Shown one piece after another: positions 57,440-64,000 of a DNA stretch of 64,000 bases. The notes beneath the pieces are model-generated. The model ran no database searches and was not told the origin of the DNA. It saw nothing but the letters and a program-made list of their open reading frames with translations. The DNA comes from Actinomycetales bacterium (GTDB lineage: Bacteria; Actinomycetota; Actinomycetes; Actinomycetales; JBBAYJ01): the NCBI GenBank assembly GCA_038258055.1, contig JBBSQH010000015.1:3666-67665 (forward strand), given 5' to 3'. The translations under genes were made by a program, and so were the position numbers. The first letter of the stretch is position 1, and each line of letters starts with the position of its first letter.

Positions 57440-60400
57440 GCGTCGGCCACCAGGAGCAGGACCCCGTCCCGTTCGACCTCGACGGCCCGTTGCCGACGGG
57501 GACCAGCGTCCTGGAGGCGAGCGCGGGGACGGGCAAGACGTACACGATCGCCCGGCTGGTCTCCCGCTACGTCAGCGAGGGCCTGGACCCCGGCGACGGC
57601 GGTCCCCGCCGGCCGGTGCCGATGGACCAGCTCCTGGTCATCAGCTTCAGTCGCGACGCCACCCGGGAGCTGCGCGAACGGGTCCGCGACCGGTTGGTGG
57701 TCGACCGAGACACCGCCGGCCCGGGCCCCGTGCGCGATCGGCTCGACCGCGCCCTGGCGGACTTCGACGGCGCGACGGTCACCACCACGCACGCGTTCTG
57801 CCACGCCATGCTCACCGAGCTGGGCACGGCCGCCGACCACGACCGGGACGCCGTCCTGGTCGAGGACCCGACGGACCTGGTCGCCGAGGTCGCCGACGAC
57901 CTGTACGTGCGCAAGTGGGGCCACCCGGGTGCCGGTCCGGCGGACCTGACGCCCGAGCAGTTCCACGAGCTGGCCCGGGTCGCGGCCGACGACCCGACCA
58001 CCCCGCTGGTGCCCCGGGCCGAGGACACCGACGACCCGGCCGCCCGGCTGCGCGCGAGGGTGGCCCTGGCCGTGCGTCATGAGGTCGACCGACGCAAGCG
58101 CCGCGGTCGGCTGCTGGACTACGACGACATGGTCACCCGGCTCGACGCGGCCCTTCACGACCCCGACACCGCCGCCGTCGCCGCCGCCCGGATGCGGACC
58201 AGGTTCCGGGTCGTCCTGGTCGACGAGTTCCAGGACACCGACCCCGCCCAGTGGCGCATCCTGCGGACCGCGTTCCACCGCCACGCCACCCTGGTGCTGG
58301 TCGGCGACCCCAAGCAGGCCGTCTACGGCTTCCGGGGGGCCGACGTCCACGCCTACCTGCAGGCGCGGCACGACGCGGCGGCCCGGGCGAGCCTGCCGTA
58401 CAACCATCGCTCCGACCCCGGCGTGCTGACGGGGCTGGCCGCCCTGTTCGGCGGGGCGGCGCTCGGTGACGAGCAGATCAGGGTCCGGCCGGTGACCCCG
58501 GCCCACCACGGCCGGATGGTCGACGTCGGGGCCCCGGTCGAGCTCCGGGTGGTGCCGCGCGAGGGGCACTCCCTCAACCGCTCGGACCTCGTCTCCGCCG
58601 CCGACGCCCGGGCCACCGTGCGCGAGGACTGCGCCCGCCAGGTCGTGGCCCTGCTGGACGGCGGCGTGCTGGTCCGGCCCCGCGACAGCGGTACCGGCGG
58701 CGACCCCCGGCCGCTTCACCCGGGTGACATCGCGGTGGTCGTGCGGCTCAACAGCGAGGCCCTCGCGATCCAGACCAGGCTCAGGGCCGCCGGGGTGCCC
58801 GCGGTCGTGTCGGGTCGCACCAGCGTGTTCGACACCCCGGCGGCCGAGGAGTGGCAGCGTCTGCTGGAGGCGCTGGAGCAGCCGCACCGCACGTCCCGGG
58901 TCCGCACCCTCGGGCTCGGCCGGCTGGTGGGCCTGGACGCGGCGCACCTGGCCGGGGACCACGACGACCTCGAACGGCTCGGGCTGCAGCTGCGGGAGTG
59001 GATCAGGGTCCTCGGCGACCGGGGCGTGGCCGCGTTGTTCGAGGCGGTGTCGTCCGGGCTGCAGCTGCAGGAGCGGCTGCTGGCCCAGCCGGGCGGCGAA
59101 CGCCTGCTCACCGACCTGCGTCACGTCGCCGAGGTGCTGCACGAGGCCGCGCTGGCCGACGACCTGGGTCTGACGGCCCTGGCGTCGTGGCTGCACCGCC
59201 GTCGCACGGCCCAGGGCGACGGCGTGGAGCGGAGCCGACGGCTGGAGACCGACGCCGACGCCGTGCAGGTGCTGACGTCGCACATGAGCAAGGGCCTGGA
59301 GTTCCCGGTCGTGCTGGCACCGTCGTTGTGGAGCAACTGGTCGCCCAAGCCGCCGTACCCGCGCTTCCACGACGCCGACGGGGTCCGCACCCGCGACGTC
59401 GGCGGTCCCGGCGGGCAGGACTTCGCCGCCCACGTCACCGCGCACCAGCGCGAGGACGCCGACGAGGAGCTGCGCCTGGCCTACGTCACCCTCACGCGTG
59501 CCCAGTCCAAGGTGATCACCTGGTGGGCGCCGACCGCCAACACCGGCACGTCGCCCCTGCATCGCCTGCTGGCCCACGACGACCCGACGACCGTGGCGCC
59601 GTTCACGCTGCCCGTGCCCTCCGACGCCGAGGCGCTCACCCGGTTCCGGGCCCGGGCCGAGGTCGGCGCCGGGGCCATGACGGTGCAGACCGTCCCGGTC
59701 GGCGACGCGGTCGCCCCGGTACCGGTGTGGGCCGGCCCGCGTCCGGTCGTGCCCCGGCTGGAGCTGGCCCGGTTCGACCGTGGCCTGGACCTGGGCTGGC
59801 GACGGACCTCGTACAGCGCGCTCACCGCGGCCGCGCACGACGCGGCGTACGCGCCGGGCGGGTCGGGGCCGGGCGGGGTCGGTGCGGGGCCGGCCGGCAC
59901 CACGGGCCCCGGTGATGCTGGTGGCCCCGGTCACCCCGGTCCCGGTGGGTTCGGCAGCGAGGCGGACGTGTCCCAGAAGGACGACGAGTCCGACGTCGAC
60001 GACACCGTCACGGGCGGTCCCGCCCCTGGCGACCCGGACGCCCACCTGCACGACGTCGTGTCCCTGTGGCAGGACCTGCCCGGGGGGACGGGGTTCGGGA
60101 CGCTGGTCCACGCCGTGCTGGAGCGCTACGACCCCGCCGTCCACGGCCCGGACGGCAACGGCGCGCTCGGTGACCTCGTCGGGGCGCTCACCCGCGGTCA
60201 GGGGATCGACGTCGCCGCCCTCACGGGCGCGGTGGGGACGGCGCTCGCCACCCCGCTGGGCCCGTTGGCCGACGGGCTGGCCTTCGGTGACGTGGCCCGG
60301 TCCGACCTGCTCCCCGAGCTCGACTTCGAGCTGCCGCTGGCCGGCGGCGACACCCCGGGCACCGCCCCGGCGCTGCTCAGCGGCCTGATGGGCCTGTGGC

Positions 60401-60873
60401 GCGACCACGTGCGGACAGGGCCCACGTCGGGCTACCCCGACGTGCTGGCCCGGCTCGGCGAGGCGTCCTTGCGCGGCTACCTGAGCGGGTCGGTCGACGC
60501 CGTGGTCCGGGTCGGGCCCCCGGGGAGCGAGCGGTACCTGGTCGTCGACCACAAGACCAACCGGCTCGCCCCCCGGGAGCAGCCGCTCACGGCCTGGCAC
60601 TACCGCGCCGCTGCGCTGGATGGGTCGATGACCGAGGCGCACTACCCGCTGCAGGCGCTGCTGTACGCCGTCGCGCTGCACCGGTACCTGCGCTGGCGGC
60701 GACCGGGGTACGAGCCCGGTACGCACCTGGGCGGGGTGCTCTACCTCTACCTGCGGGGCATGAGCGGCCCCGGCGTCCTCGGCCACGACGGCCACGTCCC
60801 GGGGGTGTTCTCGTGGCGTCCGCCCGCGGGCCTCGTGGTGGCCTTCTCCGACCTGCTGGCCGGTGAGCGCTGA
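57436..60873 (+). CDS. recB: exodeoxyribonuclease V beta subunit (UvrD-like helicase + PD-(D/E)XK nuclease)
   Basis: GTGA overlap with recC. Walker A is EASAGTGKTYTI, followed by VLVDEFQDTDPAQW. The nuclease motif is GSVDAVVR...YLVVDHKTN. Confidence 0.9.
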   Translation: MSVGHQEQDPVPFDLDGPLPTGTSVLEASAGTGKTYTIARLVSRYVSEGLDPGDGGPRRPVPMDQLLVISFSRDATRELRERVRDRLVVDRDTAGPGPVRDRLDRALADFDGATVTTTHAFCHAMLTELGTAADHDRDAVLVEDPTDLVAEVADDLYVRKWGHPGAGPADLTPEQFHELARVAADDPTTPLVPRAEDTDDPAARLRARVALAVRHEVDRRKRRGRLLDYDDMVTRLDAALHDPDTAAVAAARMRTRFRVVLVDEFQDTDPAQWRILRTAFHRHATLVLVGDPKQAVYGFRGADVHAYLQARHDAAARASLPYNHRSDPGVLTGLAALFGGAALGDEQIRVRPVTPAHHGRMVDVGAPVELRVVPREGHSLNRSDLVSAADARATVREDCARQVVALLDGGVLVRPRDSGTGGDPRPLHPGDIAVVVRLNSEALAIQTRLRAAGVPAVVSGRTSVFDTPAAEEWQRLLEALEQPHRTSRVRTLGLGRLVGLDAAHLAGDHDDLERLGLQLREWIRVLGDRGVAALFEAVSSGLQLQERLLAQPGGERLLTDLRHVAEVLHEAALADDLGLTALASWLHRRRTAQGDGVERSRRLETDADAVQVLTSHMSKGLEFPVVLAPSLWSNWSPKPPYPRFHDADGVRTRDVGGPGGQDFAAHVTAHQREDADEELRLAYVTLTRAQSKVITWWAPTANTGTSPLHRLLAHDDPTTVAPFTLPVPSDAEALTRFRARAEVGAGAMTVQTVPVGDAVAPVPVWAGPRPVVPRLELARFDRGLDLGWRRTSYSALTAAAHDAAYAPGGSGPGGVGAGPAGTTGPGDAGGPGHPGPGGFGSEADVSQKDDESDVDDTVTGGPAPGDPDAHLHDVVSLWQDLPGGTGFGTLVHAVLERYDPAVHGPDGNGALGDLVGALTRGQGIDVAALTGAVGTALATPLGPLADGLAFGDVARSDLLPELDFELPLAGGDTPGTAPALLSGLMGLWRDHVRTGPTSGYPDVLARLGEASLRGYLSGSVDAVVRVGPPGSERYLVVDHKTNRLAPREQPLTAWHYRAAALDGSMTEAHYPLQALLYAVALHRYLRWRRPGYEPGTHLGGVLYLYLRGMSGPGVLGHDGHVPGVFSWRPPAGLVVAFSDLLAGER

Positions 60874-62795
60874 TGCCCACGGGGCAGCACTCGCCCGACC
60901 TCGCGCTGCGCGCCCACGGGCTGCTGCGGACCTTCAACGACGCCGGCGTGCTCAGCGCGGCCGACGTGCACGTGGCCCGCCGCCTGGGGTCCCTGCTCGG
61001 CGAGGAGGACGAGAGCGTCCTGCTGGCCGTCGCCCTCACGGTGCGCTCGACCCGCGGCGGGTCGGTCGTGGTCGACCTGGCCACCGCCGCGGACCTGATC
61101 GCCCCGGACGTGGACGAGGCCGGCGCGGGCGTCGTCGTCGACCCGGTCGACCTGCCGTGGCCGGACCGTGAGACGTGGTCGCGAGGCGTCGCAGCCAGCC
61201 CGCTGGTGTCCGGGTACAGCGCGCCGCTGGCGATGCGCGGGTCACGACTGTGGCTGTCGTGCTACGACGTGCAGGAGCAGCAGGTGGTGGACGAGCTCCG
61301 CCGCCGGACGGCCACGCTGCCCGACGACCTGGACGCCGACCTGCTCCGGTCGGGGTTGGAACGGCTGTTCCCCCGGGCCGGTGACGCCGACCAGCGGCTC
61401 GGCGCCGCGGTCTGCGCTTCGTCGCGGGTGTCGGTGCTGGCGGGCGGCCCCGGGACGGGCAAGACCACGACGGTGTCCAGGGTGCTGGCGCTGCTCAAGG
61501 AGCAGGCCCCGACGGCGCGGATCGCGCTGGCCGCCCCGACCGGCAAGGCCGCCGCCCGGCTCGAGGAGGCGGTCCGCTCGTCGACGGCGAGGTTCACCGA
61601 CCCCGACGACCGGGACCGCGTCAGCGGCCTGGTGGGCGTCACGCTGCACCGGCTGCTCGGGTGGCAGCCGGGGTCGCGCAGCCGTTTCCGGCACCACGCC
61701 GGCAACCGGCTGCCCTACGAGGTCGTCGTGGTCGACGAGGCGTCCATGGTGCCGCTGACGATGATGGCGCGGCTGCTGGAGGCGTTGCGCGATGGCACGC
61801 GGCTGGTCCTGGTCGGCGACCCGGACCAGCTGGCGTCCGTCGAGGCCGGGGCGGTCCTCGGCGACCTGGTGGACCGGACCGCCCTGGGTCGGCGCACCAC
61901 GGCGATGACCGACGCCCTGGACGCGGTCCTGCCCGGGCACGCGTCGACGCCCGCCCCGGACTCACCGGCGGCCCGGCTCCGCGACGGCATCGCCAGCCTC
62001 ATGGTCAACCACCGCTTCGCCGCCGGGTCGGCCATCGGGGCGCTGTCCGACGCCGTCCGCGCCGGTGACGCCGACCGGGCGGTGGCCCTGCTCCAGGACG
62101 CCGGCGAGGGCGTGGAGCTGGTCGAGGTCGCCGACGACGCCCCGCTGACGGAGACCCTGCTGGCCCCGGTCCGCGACGACATCGGCCGCTGGGGGGCCGC
62201 CCTGCGGGAGACGGCGAGCGCCGGGGACGCCGTGGGGGCGCTGCGCGCGCTCGAGGCGCACCGGCTGCTCTGCGCCCACCGGCGGGGCCCGCGCGGCGTG
62301 CAGCACTGGGAGTGGCTGGCGACCCGCTGGCTCACCGAGCTCGAGGAGCTCGCGCCGTCCGGAGGTGCCGGGGCCTACCGGGCCGACGGGTACCGGCCCG
62401 GGCAGCCCCTGCTGGTCACCACCAACGACTACGAGGTCGGTCTGTTCAACGGCGACACCGGGGTGGTCGTCGCCGGACCCGTCGGCTCCGGCGGTGGGCT
62501 GCGCGCCGTCTTCGCGCGCGGCGGGGAGCCCGCGAGCATCCCGCTGGTGAGGCTCGGGGCGGTCCGCCCCGTGCACGCCATGACCGTCCACCGCAGCCAG
62601 GGCTCGCAGTTCGAGCGTGTCACCGTGGTGCTGCCCACCGCGGAGTCACCGCTGGCCACCCGGGAGACGCTCTACACCGCCATCACCCGCGCGGTCGCCC
62701 AGGTGCGCGTCATCGGTTCGGTCGAGGCGTTCGCGGCCGCGGTCGCCCGGCCCGCGGCCCGCGCCACGGGGCTGCGGGAGCGCCTGGGCGCCTGA
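60873..62795 (+). CDS. recD: exodeoxyribonuclease V alpha subunit
   Basis: TGATG overlap with recB. Motifs are Walker A AGGPGTGKTTTV, VVVDEASMV and MTVHRSQGSQF. Confidence 0.9.
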   Translation: MPTGQHSPDLALRAHGLLRTFNDAGVLSAADVHVARRLGSLLGEEDESVLLAVALTVRSTRGGSVVVDLATAADLIAPDVDEAGAGVVVDPVDLPWPDRETWSRGVAASPLVSGYSAPLAMRGSRLWLSCYDVQEQQVVDELRRRTATLPDDLDADLLRSGLERLFPRAGDADQRLGAAVCASSRVSVLAGGPGTGKTTTVSRVLALLKEQAPTARIALAAPTGKAAARLEEAVRSSTARFTDPDDRDRVSGLVGVTLHRLLGWQPGSRSRFRHHAGNRLPYEVVVVDEASMVPLTMMARLLEALRDGTRLVLVGDPDQLASVEAGAVLGDLVDRTALGRRTTAMTDALDAVLPGHASTPAPDSPAARLRDGIASLMVNHRFAAGSAIGALSDAVRAGDADRAVALLQDAGEGVELVEVADDAPLTETLLAPVRDDIGRWGAALRETASAGDAVGALRALEAHRLLCAHRRGPRGVQHWEWLATRWLTELEELAPSGGAGAYRADGYRPGQPLLVTTNDYEVGLFNGDTGVVVAGPVGSGGGLRAVFARGGEPASIPLVRLGAVRPVHAMTVHRSQGSQFERVTVVLPTAESPLATRETLYTAITRAVAQVRVIGSVEAFAAAVARPAARATGLRERLGA

Positions 62796-62853
62796 CCGGG
62801 CGGCGAGACCGGCGCGAGGACCCCACCCGCCGGGGCTAGCGTGGCGGGCGCAC

Positions 62854-64000
62854 ATGAGCGACCACTCCCCCGCACCCGCCCCCAGCCCGACGCCGTCCTC
62901 CCGCGCCTGGGTGGTCTGGGGCGCCGGGCTCCTGGCGTACGTGGTCGCCGTGATGCAGCGGACCAGCCTGGGCGTCGCCGGCGTCGAGGCGAGCGTGCGC
63001 TACGACGCCTCCGCCAGCGTCCTGGCCTCGCTCGCCGTGGTGCAGCTGCTGTTCTACGCCGGCCTCCAGATCCCCGTGGGGGTGCTGCTGGACCGGTTCG
63101 GCAGCCGAAGGCTCATCGTCACCGGGGCGTTCGTCATGGCGATCGGCCAGGCGGTGCTGGCCGTCGCCGAGCCCGTCGGGCTCGCGGTCCTGGGGCGGCT
63201 GCTGGTCGGCGTCGGGGACGCCTTGACCTTCATCAGCGTGATCCGGCTGGTGCCGTCGTGGTTCCCGGCGCGCCGGGTGCCGGTGATGACCCAGGTCACG
63301 GGCCTGGTCGGTCAGCTCGGCCAGGTGCTCAGCGCCGTCCCGCTGGTCGCGCTGCTGGGCGGGCCGGGCTGGACGGTGGCGTTCCTGTCCGCCTCGGCCA
63401 CCGGGGTCCTGGTCGGGGTCCTGGCCCTGCTGGTCGTCCGCAACCACCCCGAGCCGGCCGGCGTCCCCGGCCCGTCGAGCGCCCGCGACCTGGTGGGCGA
63501 CCTGGCCACCGCATGGCGGCACCCCGGCACCCGGCTGGGCCTGTGGACGCACTTCACGACGCAGTTCCCGGGGACGGCCTTCGCGCTGCTGTGGGGCTTC
63601 CCGTTCCTGGTGGCGGGCCAGGGCGTGGCGCCCGGCACGGCGAGCGCCCTGCTCACCCTGTTCGTGCTGGCGGGCATCGCCACCGGGCCGTGGCTGGGGG
63701 TGCTGGTGCAGCGGCACCCGTTCCGACGCTCGTGGCTGGTGCTGGCCATCATCGCCGCCAACGCGGCGGGGTGGACCCTGGTGCTCGCCTGGCCGGGACC
63801 GGCCCCGCTGCCCGTGCTGGTGCTGCTGATCCTGTGCATGTCGCTCGGCGGGCCGGGGTCGGTCATCGGCTTCGACTTCGCCCGGACGTTCAACCCGCCC
63901 AACCGGCTGGGCACCGCGACGGGCATCGTCAACGTCGGCGGCTTCGTGGCGTCGTTGCTGACCATCCTGCTCGTCGGCGTGGTCCTCGACCTGCGCACCG
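62854..64000 (+). CDS. MFS transporter (3' end outside window)
   Basis: ATG 62854 opens a frame that stays open to the window end. It has multiple TM segments and the MFS loop motif LLDRFGSRRLIV. It is absent from the ORF track because no stop is reached. Confidence 0.8.
   Translation, partial: MSDHSPAPAPSPTPSSRAWVVWGAGLLAYVVAVMQRTSLGVAGVEASVRYDASASVLASLAVVQLLFYAGLQIPVGVLLDRFGSRRLIVTGAFVMAIGQAVLAVAEPVGLAVLGRLLVGVGDALTFISVIRLVPSWFPARRVPVMTQVTGLVGQLGQVLSAVPLVALLGGPGWTVAFLSASATGVLVGVLALLVVRNHPEPAGVPGPSSARDLVGDLATAWRHPGTRLGLWTHFTTQFPGTAFALLWGFPFLVAGQGVAPGTASALLTLFVLAGIATGPWLGVLVQRHPFRRSWLVLAIIAANAAGWTLVLAWPGPAPLPVLVLLILCMSLGGPGSVIGFDFARTFNPPNRLGTATGIVNVGGFVASLLTILLVGVVLDLRT

Overview
Very GC-rich (third codon positions almost all G/C) chromosomal segment with actinobacterial gene content and order. 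I did no database searches: every call rests on reading the supplied ORF translations and the nucleotide sequence for motifs, start/stop context and codon bias. About 60 genes are densely packed. Left to right: LuxR tail, adenosine-deaminase-fold protein, an MFS-murB pair, LacI, a tRNA-Thr/tRNA-Met/rpmG/two hot-dog dehydratases block, a GT-C-like membrane protein, tRNA-Tyr, yajQ, a CNNM/CorC protein, several regulator/transporter pairs, an RqlH-type RecQ helicase and an L,D-transpeptidase. Then come a 896-aa repetitive beta-helix exoprotein followed by an ECF sigma/anti-sigma pair, a PabB-PabC fusion and a conservon (cvnABCD). A reductive pyrimidine-catabolism cluster with an ABC importer follows, split by a 5.7-kb unrelated block (GDPD, AI-2E transporter, VOC/TetR, VapBC). 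The window ends with a subtilase carrying one in-frame TAA, an atypical secreted beta-solenoid-like protein, recC-recB-recD and a truncated MFS gene. I saw no CRISPR array, transposase, integrase, phage genes or rRNA. I cannot point to a clear-cut new system. The most checkable leads are (1) the pyrimidine cluster, which lacks a canonical dihydropyrimidine dehydrogenase but contains an LLM-class oxidoreductase; (2) the nonsense-interrupted subtilase; (3) the conservon with an unusual multi-TM CvnA; (4) the beta-helix protein plus sigma/anti-sigma module; and (5) the structured 410-bp intergenic region with the small protein and secreted protein near 50.9-52.6 kb. The many very long ORFs antisense to real genes are GC-content artefacts.
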